Positions 25,450-38,349 of a DNA stretch of 64,000 nt are shown here, piece by piece. Source of the DNA: Octopus sinensis (lineage: Eukaryota); the NCBI RefSeq assembly GCF_006345805.1, contig NW_021826031.1:124001-188000 (forward strand), in the 5' to 3' direction. Numbering within the stretch: position 1 is the stretch's first letter; each line of letters starts with the position of its first letter. The notes beneath the pieces were generated by a model. It did not search any database and had not been told where the DNA came from. It worked only from the letters and a program-made list of their open reading frames with translations. The translations under genes were made by a program, and so were the position numbers.

Positions 25450-28400
25450 TTATGTGAAAATGGTGACTACTTCTCTTCCAGAGCCCCTGATCATCAGGAC
25501 TGGCATGCTCAGGTCTGTCAGAATATCTACAAAGTACAGATCTAAATTATAAATTTTTTACACAACATTGATAGTTTTCGTCAATTGTATTACGAAATGG
25601 AGGCAGATTGATAATTACCATTTTTGCATCACCAGACTTTTCAACAATCAATCTTTGCAGCTCAACTGCTGTATGGACACGTTTTACGTCTAGTCTTCTA
25701 TTGGAAATCATTAATAAAAATATACGAGGTCGTCTCTTCATTTAAAGTCAGTCGGTTTGAACTTTTTTTTAAAGAATTTTTCCTAATAGAATACGCAATT
25801 TGCTGAGGCTGTAAAGTGGACTCTACAAAAATCAAAAACCTCTTTATTGGCTTCTTTTTGACTGAGGCCAATGTTTCTTAGCCAGTTAAGTCTGTTTTCC
25901 ATGTTCACCGTCTGTTCAACTGTATACGCAGTAATCTCAGAGTCGGGCTTCGAAGGTTAGTAGAGGTCAGTACCATATCGACAATAATAATATCTGCTTC
26001 TATTCTGATTTCATAAAGCATTCTTTCTAGCTGCAATTTCATTTCTATCGAGTTGTCCGTAGTTTCTAAAAATAAACCTCAAAAGACTACGAGCGACTGC
26101 AAATATTCGTGTTTTGCATTTTCTCCAGGTTTTCCTTTTCTTAAGCAGGAACCCCATGAGAATGAGAATACTGCCGTCGTGGGCAATCCACCAAATGTCA
26201 ATAGTCCCTTCCAATAATGTCTTTGAAGAAGGGAGCATTTTCCCATTACGTAGAAGAGCAATACATTTCTCTGAAACGTTCCCACATTGCAAGATTTCTA
26301 TTAGAAATCAGATTCATTAAAAAAACCCATAAAATCCTTCAAAGGCAGGCCTTCAGTAGCCTTATCGAAATTTTCAGGCCATCCGAGGATGATCATGTTC
26401 GGCCTGAGTCCTCCAAGTCCTGAAAGTTGTATTCTAACAGTATATAATGTTGGAAAACGAGTGGAGGAGTCCCTGAGCTATGCTGGTTGATATTACTACA
26501 TCGATTAGAGCCTTTGCTCCAATCTTGTCAATAAATGTTTTTACATTCTGAATTAAAATATAATTTGCATTACTTTGTAAATACAGTCGTTTTCTTCTTG
26601 ATTGATTTTGAAGTCTCCGACAAAAGTAGAAGAAACCATTATGATGCCTTTCCCTACACAATGTTTTGGTTTGAAGGACATGAACCTGCCTTGAGTTGAC
26701 TTGCGAACTCGACCAACTTGTACTCGGGCTCTAAATTCTTGTCAGGCTTCGAAAAAAGAAGAATTAATGGACTAGTAGATGAATGGTCTTATTTTGATTA
26801 CCGCCAATTTTTCACATGAATTTTATCTCTTTTAAATTGTCTGACGTAGTACATGGCAGCTGACATTTTGAGCCCATTGATCCCATCTCCCCATTCTCTT
26901 TGGGCACTAAAAACAATTCGTCATTATGAAATAACCCCTTGTATTGGATATAAATGTAAATAAAGCCTGCCACTGCCCACCCTCCAATGGTGTAGTACCA
27001 ACTGGTCATGAACATTAAAATAATGCACAGGATAATTCCCAATAAAGAGATGGTCCTGAATATAAAAACTAAACATACCAGTGATAGTATTTGAATCGTG
27101 GTCTCCAATTCGGTACTTTCATAAGTGCTTGAAGAACACCAACAAAATTGACAAAAAAATAGCAAAGAAGAAAAAATCTAGACATGAAGGAGATAAGTAC
27201 ATTGAAATTATTGGAGCCTGGTGGTCAATGTTGCCGATCAGGATGCCCATTTCAGCAATAAGGACAGTTAGTCCCAGTGCCACAACTGGATTGTCTCCAA
27301 AAAAAGTGCGTTTAAATGGATTCAAAAAAGGAATGATCTCATCAGAGGCAATCGCTTGTAACAACCTTGGAGCCCCTGTCAGAGTTTGAAGTCCAGCACC
27401 GAGAGTAGAAAGGAGGGCACCAATCTTGATTACCCAGTGAGATGGCCAAGCAATCAGGGACACCACTAAATCGTCTCCAAGACTTCTCCCATATCTGAAA
27501 TAATATTTTTCCCAATCTAACTTGTCTTGTAACAAATGTCTATTAACAACTGCGGCATATAGTGGGACAGAAATCAAATCTGAATATTTAGATCAAAATA
27601 CAGAGAAATGTTGTGGAAATTGTGGCTGCCAATGTACCTACGGGAATTGATTTTTGGGCATCTTTTAGTTCTCCCGATCTGTTTGACCCCGCCATAATTC
27701 CTAAAATGTGTTTTCATAAAATACCAGTGACAGAGGGAAAGTACAAAGCCACTAGCACAATGAATGAAGTGGTCAAGTCGTTGTATATGAAATTACGACT
27801 GTCCCCCGGTCGGTTATGACCAATCTCGTCCCCTTTATTATGATATGAACTGTAAATTGTGCCTGAAACATAAAAAGATTAGTTTTATAAACCAAATATT
27901 GAACTTCCAGTAATCCCTGGGATCCCAGAAACATATTTTACATTGTTGTTTAAAAAAACGGACTCACAAATGTTGTTTGGGCAAAATGTAGAATACAAAG
28001 GGGCTGCGATTCCGTTTGACAATGTCGCGTTTTTTGTACAGTAAGGGACCCCATTTAACAAAAAGGCGTCGAGGGGAAGCAGGTGAGTCCCCAAAAGACA
28101 TACCCTTCAAAAATTTTTTTAAAATAATAACTTTGTGCTGGCGCTATTTCCTGGAATAAAAATTCCAATAAAAATAGCGAGAATTGACACAATAACGCAG
28201 ATCAGTGAAATAGCAGCAGTTATGCTTACAAAACGGAGACCGAGGAATACAAAAAGTGCCAAAATAATGAGGAACATTGTCCCATAAGCCCTAAAATTGT
28301 TTAGTTCAGATTCCTCCGAAACAAATTCCATATTTTCGAGAACTCCAAAACGCATGGAAGGGGCTAAATAGAGCTAAAAAACATAGAAAAATGAATAAAA

Positions 28401-29052
28401 CAAGAATTATTTCCACTCCCCCAATGATGTAAAGACTGGAGGCAAATGTAGTGGCCAAATAAAACAGAATCCCTACAGCTCCGCCGAATTCTGGACCGAG
28501 TGACCGAGACAATAAAAAGTAGACTCCCCCTCCGGGAATTATCCCGTTGGTAGCAATGGCACTCAGTGAGAAACTCGTGCATAATGTCTAAACTAGAAGA
28601 TAGACCATATACACAAAGGCCGCAGATCAGTATGACTAACATGGATTCTAACACTCCTGCCACTCCAATGATCCACGGAAGTCGAATGAAGAGAATGACT
28701 CCGACGATATTCTGAAAACAGGGGAGAAAGACTCCCAAAATGGTCCCCAGTTTTGAATTCTATTATATAAAATGTCAATATACTTGTTTTTGATTCTTTT
28801 CGAGGACTCGGTCATTTGAGGTCGGAGCAATCCCGGCCCTGTAATTCGTGATTTTTGAAACAAAAAAGTTTATAGAATTTTCGTGAATGTCTTTCTATTT
28901 TTAATACTAATTGTGACTTAACAGAGTAAAGTGTCATTTTATCGTCGACTTCATTAGGACTTGATACGAATTTTGTCAGTTCGGTTGATTCTATTTTTAA
29001 ATTTGTACTACTTTCTCTTACTTGTGAATTTTTCGTCGAATGTAGTCTGCAT
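25450..29052 (-). CDS. SLC12A: SLC12 K-Cl cotransporter (KCC type), many micro-introns; start approximate
   Basis: [97 protein letters not shown]-terminal [15 protein letters not shown]. Confidence 0.93.
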
Positions 29053-30160
29053 GTGTCAGTAATAAATTCTATTTACGATTATTTTATTTAAATTTTATTA
29101 AAAACGACTAATGTATAAGAAATACAAATTAATTAAAAGTATTGAATATATAAATGAATAATCATTAAAGGAATAGAATGTTCTAATTAACGACGTACTG
29201 TCGATTAAGTTCAGGAAACAAATATATAATTTGCGTATTAATCATTTATAATATAAATGATTCGCCAATTGTTCCCAATAATCAATGATGCTACTCAGCA
29301 ACTATAGCTTGATTTATTGTCCATTTAAAGGACCTTGTTTCTGATAGATTTACTCGCTAATTTATTTTTTGAGCATAAATTAACGCCGTCGATATTTCTT
29401 CACCAAACGGTCACCCAACTAAGTAATAAAACATCGTTTCATCGCTTAACTTCGTTTTTTCGTAATAGGTTTTTCATTGTGGATTTTGTTCGATGTCCCC
29501 GGGAAAATTTTTATTTTATTAACATAATTAAATAAACAAAATCAATTCAACATTTATACAGAGGTCTAACTAGGGTCATCCCTTACTTAAAGAGTATTCT
29601 GCTGCCTCGCCAATTTAGTGTTGGAGTCAAAAATGACTGTGAAGCTACTCACATGGACCTCGAAAATCGGTTTTGAAGTACCCAGTGAAGATCCCGTTTA
29701 TTCTATAGTTGAATGATTTAATTTCCTTGAAAGTGTTCACGTTTGTTGTGGAGAGTTATATCATTATTGGCCTACATTAGTCTTTTAATCATTTCGGATA
29801 GAGTTTTTATGTTTGTAACCGAGATTCAGTAAGAGGGCTATTCATTTTCTGTTGTTTTTCCTCTGAGTTGATCACACCCCTCTTGATATATCGTTTAAAC
29901 TAAATTTTTTATCTCGAAGACGTCACCCTGGATGAGACGTTTAAAGGCAACGTTTCTAAAATCGAAAATGCAGTTCATTTCGAGTCCTCTTTAAGTAGTG
30001 TGATTGTTGGATTAAAAAACGTGTTGGGTTAAATGAGTTTCGTTTATTGCGATTTTTGTAATTATTATTTTGTTAACTTTTTCCCGAATGAATTAATAAA
30101 AAATTTATTATCTACTAAAAATAAATTAATTGTTTCTACTCAACAGCATTATAGTACGAA

Positions 30161-30875
30161 ATGTCAATTGAGGAGAATTTTGAACTAAGAGACCTAGTCC
30201 TCCAATCTCTGAACGCCAACGGTGTACTCGGCAACATCAAGGTCGGCTTAGTTATTGATCTCAAAGGCACAACTTCGTGCCAACATGTTCGCCTTGTTGG
30301 AAAGCCAGGATAGTTTCCAAGTAAAATTGCTACTAAAAATGTTAGAAATCGGCACGTTTTGGTCGAAATAAAGTGGCTCAATTTGTACAAACCGAGGAGG
30401 GTCTTTTGACCTTCAGTCTCGTTCTCGACTTCCTTTCTTCTTTCGACCTAAAAATTACAGAGTCTGTCTTTGTCCCAGAGTGTTCGATTGTTATATTTTT
30501 TTCATATTTTGTAGCCTCGAAGTTCGATGACTCGAAAAGAGGTTCGGGAAATGCTCAAACTGGAAGATAACGACCACCCTCTCCTCATGCAGCTGATCCG
30601 ACCTTCTAAAAATGAAGAAAAATACGAGGAGGATGACTTTTTGGAAGATTTGAGTGACCAAATAAGCGAAACCGAGAAACAGAGACTTGACAAAAGCAAG
30701 GCTGTTAGTAAATTGTTGGAATCTGATTCATCTCAGACTGATTTGGAGCTGTGCAAGGTTTAAGGCTCTCTTTACGTGGTAGAGTATGAGCAACTCAGTC
30801 GAAGATGTGACTGCCTCCAAACTTGGCGAGTCGGAATGTGACTTGACTGAGTCTGCTGAATTCATTGATGAATAA
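30161..30875 (+). CDS. FGFR1OP: FGFR1 oncogene partner / CEP43-like LisH centrosomal protein (short form)
   Basis: ELRDLVLQSLNANGVLGNIK|AQLRANMFALLE (25-nt intron); TEEGLLTFSLVLDFLSSFDLKITESVFVPE. Confidence 0.8.
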
Positions 30876-31140
30876 TTGACTGTTTATTTGGAAAGTATAA
30901 TTATTTATCCACGACTTGGATAGCATGTAAGAACACAATATCAACTAGATAGCTAAGACGACAATGTTCATTGTCAAAGTAGATATAAAAATTGTCAAAA
31001 TTGAACTGAAAATGGTCTAGATAGCTAAGTTCAACTAAAAGATCAAAGAAAAAGTGAGGATTTGTCTTGCAAAGTTTGATAGTCTGAGAGGAAAATTAGT
31101 TAAGGATTAATAATTTTAAAAATATTAGCCAAAACATGTG

Positions 31141-32990
31141 TTAACAGTTAAAGAACTGTGAAAATAAATCAGTAAGTTGGTTGTTGTCCTGAGATTCTAC
31201 CAAGACGTGACAGACATCAGACTTTAAAAGGAAAACAAATATTCTTAAAAATTGATGCTAATTGATACCTTTTTTCTCTTACAAAACATTCTTTTAAACT
31301 CAATCTACAATGACTATTACTGTTAGGAGTACCTTCTGCTGTATGGGTCATAGCTCATTACTTCAATCTGATCAAAGTCAATTATGCTTTCATTAAAGCA
31401 TCTTCAATGTTTAAACTGACTCATACTCCTCTTTGATGTCTTTGATGACGACTGAATTACCCGTCATGATAAGTTTACATAGAGCTGGTTTCAAATTATC
31501 AATATCAGCTATAGCAACATCGACCGATTGTTTGACTGCGTGAGGTCCCTTAGTCCTGTCAACTGGTACAGTAGTCAGATAGAATGCATAGACTACGTGT
31601 GAGTAATCAGTGTGTACTGTATCTTTCCTGATTGATAATAGTAGATGACTTTTTCCTAATGACATCATCTAAACTCAATTTTCTATTTTTTTACTTTTTC
31701 GTAAAATTCGTAGTTTGCAAGGAAGGGCATTTTCAAATCTCATGTGATCAAGAATGAGGGAAGCCAGGTTATCTAGGACTGTCATTTCCTCTGGTTTACC
31801 GTAATATTTCTCCTCTAATCGGTCATGAATGCGAAATCCTGAACTATTTTTCTCAATTAGAAAATGCTTCACCACATTGTCTATATTATTAATGTAAATA
31901 AAAACCTGATTTGACACATATTACGTAACTGTTTGGAAAAGAAGTGCTTTCTCTGACCACACACGATCCAGGCAGTTTGTCGTTTAAAAGTGAAATGGCT
32001 AATTTTATTACATCAAGTCCCATACCTTCCTCTCGACTCATATTTGGGATAAACCAGGAGTTAATCGATTCCTCCAGTGACTCAAGCGTCGGCAAATTTT
32101 CTTTAAAGTGAGTTTGAGTTCGGAATACCAGATTTTATGACCTCAGACAAATTTTGATAGTCTTCACATTCGTAGACAGGAGGATTAGATCTAAATTAGT
32201 CGTTAAAATTATAAAAACGTCTTTTTTTGATTATGTGTTGGACTTGGCATGGAATTTGCAACATTAATAAACGAGGTCTTGCACTCAGGGGTAGATTTAG
32301 TTCCGTTAATGGGGACACTGCTCGGTTGAGAGATTTTTTTGTATTTGAAGTCAGGAAGAGCTTTGTTGTCGGCGGTTGGGAATTTATTATTTAAATTCTA
32401 ACATTCATTATTTTATCGTCCATACTTTCCAAAAAGTTGTTTCAGCATACCCAACTGGTTTTTTGATCTCCTAAAAAGTTGTTTAAAACATATTTTAACT
32501 TCAGTGTCAAATGCCTCATTGATTTTAAATGTTGTCACTTTTGGGGATGTTGGCTGAGCCTCTTCTTTGAACTGCCTTGAATTTGGGTCCTTAGGTTTTA
32601 CCTTGGCAAGTTCTGTGTAGGTTTAGGGTCGAATACGTAGGTTTCTTCTTTGCAAAAGTTGCTGTAAGAATGCGGCTTCATCATCAATTTTTTCTAAACA
32701 AAAATTTTTATTCAAAGTCTGACCGGAACAGTCGGACTGCCCGGATCTAAAAATTTATTACAACAGCCTTACTTTGAGTAGTTGTGGAGAACCCTCTCTG
32801 GCTCATTCGATTTTTATCAAACTGAAAAATCAATATAAAAACCGATTAAGTATGTACCATTGAAAATCAACGTAAAATAGCGATGTTTCTCGTATTATTG
32901 CTTAGTTCGCGGCGTCAGAATCAATTTAAATGTGGTTAATCTAAATTCCACGCATATTGTGGATAAAGGTCGATAATGTCATTTCATTGA
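31141..32990 (-). CDS. Tensin-like SH2-PTB protein (5' end uncertain)
   Basis: WFIPNMSREE|AISLLNDKLPGSCVVRESTSFPNSY, VKHFLIE, LASLILDH...ALPCKLRI (tensin SH2), then YLTTVPVDRTKGPHAV...VCHVLVE (tensin PTB). Confidence 0.8.
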
Positions 32991-33883
32991 ATAAAAATAT
33001 ATTTGTTTTTTGCTTCTATTTGAGGAATACTATCTCCCTTGAGTACGGAATAAAGAACTTATAAAATCAATTTTATTAATTGGTTTATCCGTCACAAACT
33101 GCTTATTGGATAAATAAAAATATTATTTAACATTAATAAGTAGACTCTATTTTCACATATAAAATTAAACAAAAATCAAATTTCATTTAATAGGCTAATT
33201 TATCGTGTTTATTTACAGTATTTTGAGCCAAAACAGACGTATTTGACAATATCGGGAATGTGCTAATTTGTCAAACCCACTATCTCTACATTAATGGGCG
33301 GAAATTCAGAAAACTAGCACTGATAAGACAATTTATTGACTGATAAAATTTATATTTTTAATTATTTATAAAGCAATACTATGTTTCTATTATTGATTTA
33401 TGTACTGACACTAAATCTATTTTTCAATCAATCATATAGTATAAATAAATATTTAGCAAAAAATGAGAATAAAATCTTAAAAGAAAGAAAAAATTTCAAT
33501 TTTTCTTCAAAACAAACAGCCAGATTTGTTATTAGGCACTTATTTTACGCACTAATTACAAGAGATTTGTGTTTGAATATTATTTTTACTAAAATTAATA
33601 TTGAGGTTTGAGGTAATCATGTGTTAATTCTTTGTTCATACTAACTGTTTCAAAATTTATGTTCAAATTTTTGTTTGGATAAATTCCAATAAATTATAGA
33701 ATCAATCAATGCGCTAATTAAATAGGTAGATAAAAATACTGGTTCGTTGCTGTACTGTCACAGGTGTAAATTTTTATTATGTATGCCATAATATGATAAT
33801 TTATTTTTTTAATTAAAAAAAGTTCAATTTAAATAATAATTTTTTTATTTAAATAAATTATTGAACAATGCTGTTTTTGTGAG

Positions 33884-34590
33884 ATGGTGAGAAAGCTACG
33901 TTACCACGAGAAAAAACTTCTTAAAAAAGTCGATTTCATTACATGGGAAGTAGACAAACAAGCAAACGAAGTCAGCATAATAAGAAAATACGCTCTACAA
34001 AAACGAGAGGACTATACATAGTTAATTATTGTGTCAATAAATTAAAGTTATAACAAACTATCTCGCCATGTGAGACATGTAGCAAACCAAATAAAGCAGC
34101 TTGACCCTAAAGATACATTTAGAACACAATGTACTAGTCTTTTGCTAGAAAAACTGTATTTTTAAAATATATTTTAGGTATCAAATGGGTCTGATTCCGG
34201 CAAAAAGTACCCTCGAATTATGTGACAAAGTCTCGGCCAGTTCATTCTGTCGTCGTCGACTTGCTGTTGTAATGAAAAGGTCTTCTATGACAGAAGATAT
34301 TAAGACTGCCACAACGTACATCGAACAAGGACGTATAATTAATTTAAATTAATCTAATTTAAAATAATTAATTAAATATATAATTATAATAGATATTCGA
34401 GTGGGGACTGAATTGATAACTGATCCTGCGTTTCTTGTTACAAGGTCAATTGTGCCTTTTATATTGAAGGGACTTGGAGGATTTTATAACGTGGACTGAT
34501 AGGTCGGCAGTGAGGAGGAATGTACTGGAATATAACGACATGGTGATTTTTTTATTTTATTTTTAGCGAGATGATTACGATCTACTATGA
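33884..34590 (+). CDS. IMP3: U3 snoRNP protein IMP3 (6 exons); absent from ORF track
   Basis: [22 protein letters not shown]...[13 protein letters not shown]...IEQG|[17 protein letters not shown]|[10 protein letters not shown]...YND|RDDYDLL*. Confidence 0.95.
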
Positions 34591-35549
34591 TTTAATGTTT
34601 TTAATAAAAATAATTTTTTTTGTAATTTAATGTTTTTACGTGGATTTATAATTTTTTATTTTTAATTAGAATTTGATGTTTATATTTATTATATAAAGCA
34701 AATTCGAGAGTTAGCAAAACATTAACTGTCGAGAAAAATCGAAGATGAACTTGTGGACAAGATCTATTGTTATAAAGATTGGTTAATTCTAATTTCTTTC
34801 ATATCCATCGAATCATCAAGTTGACTAGATTCTTAATAGATACTTATTTTTCTTTGTTTCTCGAATTAACGCCACTTTCTTACACTTATTTAACTAAATC
34901 TTCAATTTCGAATCGAAATATCACACAATTGTCGAGAAATGCATAAATCAACAAATTTTATAATAATTAACTAATCTAAAACAAACCCGTCGTGAAATAT
35001 TTGGAAACAAAATCAGTAATATTTGTTTAATGTAAATTTACTTGAGCCATAACTTCCCATCTTCTGAAATTACAAACCATTTCAACTTTAGGTATTTGAC
35101 AACAAAATAATTTTTGTTTATCGATAAAAAACAGTCTTTTCTTTGGAATTGTAGTGATTTTTGATGTATCTAAATGTTGTCGAATTCGAACCTAGCGCTT
35201 AAAGTAAAAAAATAAAAACAAGATTGAAATTTATGTTATGTGAAACAACGCCTCAGTCTCAAAATTAACACCGTTCGGCGTTAAAACTTTATTAATTTTA
35301 ACAGCGTGTTTTTAGAAATTACTGGATTTAAAAGTTATGTTAGAGATATTTTTGATCACAATTTAATTAAACGAGCATTAATGGAATATTTCCCGAGATA
35401 TATTATTATTATCCTTATCACGAGAGCCATAGTGCTTTATAGCTCCCCATAGACAGGAAACACTTTATTTATGTAAATACTACTTAATGTTAATTAATCG
35501 AGGATAGAGGAAATCATCTTTACTTGTTTTTTTTTGCGTGAGTCTTTTC

Positions 35550-36720
35550 TAGACAAATCCGGCTCCGCAGCAGGGTATCCATTTATGAGACGTCACTTTT
35601 CAAACCCGTTTAACATTGTAGATACAAAAAAAACTGACGGACGTCCACGTGTAATCGCATATGTGCATGTAGACATGTCTTATAGCTACGTCCAGAGTGA
35701 AAACCTTTGACAATGCAGTCAGAGAGTCTCACATGGCACAGCCAATTCTGCCTACTCCTTTTTCCTCGCCGACAGGACCTCCTCATATCAGAGGATAGGG
35801 CATTGGAGCTCGGACTCACGCACAAACCATATCTTCGAGAAAATAGATTTTGTGTAAAAGACCTCATAGCCGAGTTGTTGATCGGGTTTGTCGAGCAGTG
35901 ATTGAGAATAGACCGTCAACTCCATTATACGTTTGCTCAACTCCTGGGGACGACAATTGGCCGACATTGATCTCGGACCCAGTTGAGGTGGCTAATATAT
36001 TTTCAACCCATCTCAATGACATCTCGGGAACTGAGGGAAGTCAGTAGTGGAGACATCGTCCAGCAGATACTATCCAGCAGATATTGTCGTGAGACAAGCG
36101 CTGCCAGCTGGACATATCAAGGAACGATTCAGGCAATATTTCCGAAGCGGAGATTCTGACAGGAATCTCCCGAAGTAAGAACACCGCGGCAGGTCTAGAT
36201 CGGATCCATATGGCTATCTTCAAAAAGGCCTCGCCGTGGTTGATCACCGCCTTAAAGGCATTGTTTAGCGGGAGCTTGCGACTTAGGATGATTCCCTCTA
36301 AGTGGAAAGTGGCTGAGGTAATCCTTATCGGAAAGCCCAGAATGCCTCATGATGTCCCCGGGGGATAAAGGTCCATTTCCATGCTTCCCGTTGTAACTAA
36401 AATCTTAGAAAGGATCATGCACCAAGGCTCCTGGAGGAGCTGATGGTGGCTTCAGGGAGGGTCGATTGACATTGAAAAGGCCTTCGACTAAGTGTTGCAC
36501 GACTGCCTCCGGAGCTCTCTCGCCACATGTGGGGTTTCTCAGTGTCTAAAGCGCTAGCTGTCTGGGTTCCTTGAATCTTGCGGACAGGTCGTGCAGCACC
36601 AGGGAGTCTTTTCTAAAGTCGCAACAGTCCTTCGCATGCTAACCCGGCTAGCCCATGGTTTTGGTCTTAAACTTTAGGATTGCGAAAGGAGCGCTCAAAC
36701 GCCCAGGAATTGTCCCTCAA
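35550..36720 (+). mobile_element. Degraded APE-type non-LTR (Jockey/L2/I-like) RT remnant
   Basis: AAGLDRIHMAIFKK...IPSKWKVAEVILIGKP...SISMLPVVTKILERI...DIEKAFD; stops and deletions. Confidence 0.75.
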
Positions 36721-37172
36721 ATGTCTCCCTGAGATCCTAGAAAAGATTAATATGTCACATGCTCAGCGATTACTATACCCCACTCGTTACCTCTGAGAAA
36801 TATGATTTTAATTTTTAAGAAAAATTAAAAAATCAATCATAATGCAATAAAATTCAATTATATATAAAGTTAATTAGAGTACAATTAATGATATACTAAA
36901 AGATGCTTTAAAATAAATAAATTAAAATAATATTTTTAATACAACAAAACATTATGACTGCTACGGACATTAAAACATATTTTAAATGATGTGAATTGTG
37001 TGAAAAGCTTAAAGCAACATAATTTGATAGTTTATAAAATTAAAATTAATTATTTTGTCCTTTATTTGATTCTTTTCATGTAAACTATCTTTGTATCTCA
37101 TTCGAAAATTCTACATTAACGCGGTTATAAGAAAGATTGATTTGATCGTGACAGTATCACAAAATTTTTTCA

Positions 37173-37281
37173 AACCTAACCCCAACCTTTGCCCTAACCT
37201 TTACCCTAACCCTAACCCCAACCTTTACCCTAACCTTTACCCTAACCCTAACCCCAACCTTTACCCTAACCTTTACCCTAA
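37173..37281. repeat. Telomere-like (CCCTAA-variant) array with 36-bp higher-order unit x3
   Basis: cctaaccccaacctttaccctaacctttaccctaac repeated about three times; translates as PNPNLYPNLY. Confidence 0.9.
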
Positions 37282-37716
37282 TTCTTTTCACCGCAGGCAA
37301 CTTAGATCCCTACTGGGATTGAACTGGCCTATAAGAATCAACCAGGAATCGCTATACAATAGATGCAGAACTGGCCCTCTGAGTGTGGAAATCGTCAATA
37401 TGCGGTGGAGGTTATTTGGCCATATTCTACGAATGGACATGCTTGCCCCAGCTAACATAGCAATGGAGGGCTACTTCCTGAAAGAGGGATCGAGCTTCCG
37501 TGGACGTCCACGTGTTACGCTGCCGGAAACACTTGACGGAGACCTGAAATGTGTGAAGAAAAGGCTAAGGAGTGGTGAGGATCTGGACGAGCTGAGGAAA
37601 CTCGCTCACGACAGAGGAGGTTGGAGGAGGCTGGTTCAAAGGATTGTTTTAATGCTGCACGAGTAAATTATAACTAATATGATTCTACGTATGTTGCAAA
37701 TAATAATAATAATAAT
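37282..37716 (+). mobile_element. 5'-truncated RTE-clade retrotransposon 3' end with (TAA)n tail
   Basis: FHRRQLRSLLGLNWP...RWRLFGHILRMD...RGRPRVTL...AHDRGGWR; taataataataataa tail at ~37701. Confidence 0.85.
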
Positions 37717-38162
37717 TAGTCATAGGAACATAACCCTACCCCACAATCGATGGAAACTTCCTATCAATTGCACTTAGATTAATATGATAAAAGAAATGTA
37801 TAAACCAACGGGTAATTCGCCCTAAAATATTAAACGAATATCAAAACAATACACTCCGTGTTATTATATCTCTGTGTGGAGAGAGCCTTGTGAATTATCA
37901 AAAAAGTGAGAACATTTAAAAAAGTTCGGCAATTCAAGTTTATATTCTTCTATTTGGAGCAGTTAATTAGAATTGCATTCCTGAAAATTATCAAAAGACT
38001 ATTTTGGCTTGTTTTAATGGGTTCATGTTAGAAAAAATATGGACAATAATTTTTTGTGCGTTCATATTTGATTCTGTGATTTAATTGGGCAATTCTTTAC
38101 GTTTTTTCTGATTTCAGCTCTTTAGAGGAATTCAAAAAATTTGAATAAATATTTTAAAAAAT
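37714..38162 (+). repeat. Left copy of ~450-bp inverted repeat (partner 44293-44743)
   Basis: Reverse complement aligns along its full length with high identity (e.g. aattagtcataggaacataacc...cagctctttagaggaattcaaaaaatttgaataaatatttta). Confidence 0.9.
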
Positions 38163-38349
38163 GCCTTTATTAAAAAAAGAAACTAATTAACTAAGTAATT
38201 TTTACAAGTCCAGAGCCTTCGAAGTGAGCAGAGGGTGGCACTCCACGCACCTCCTCCCCTTCTTCCTCCTTTTCTCTGGCACTGTAGACTTTCAAGAAGG
38301 TGCAGTCCAGCGCCTCTCGCCGATTAAACGTAGCATTAAATTTTTAAAA

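Noticed and set aside
37091-37666. 191-aa ORF as a genuine PNPNLY-repeat surface protein
   Set aside because: Chance fusion of a hexamer repeat with a truncated RTE; non-ATG start and AT-rich upstream. Kept only as a DNA-level finding.
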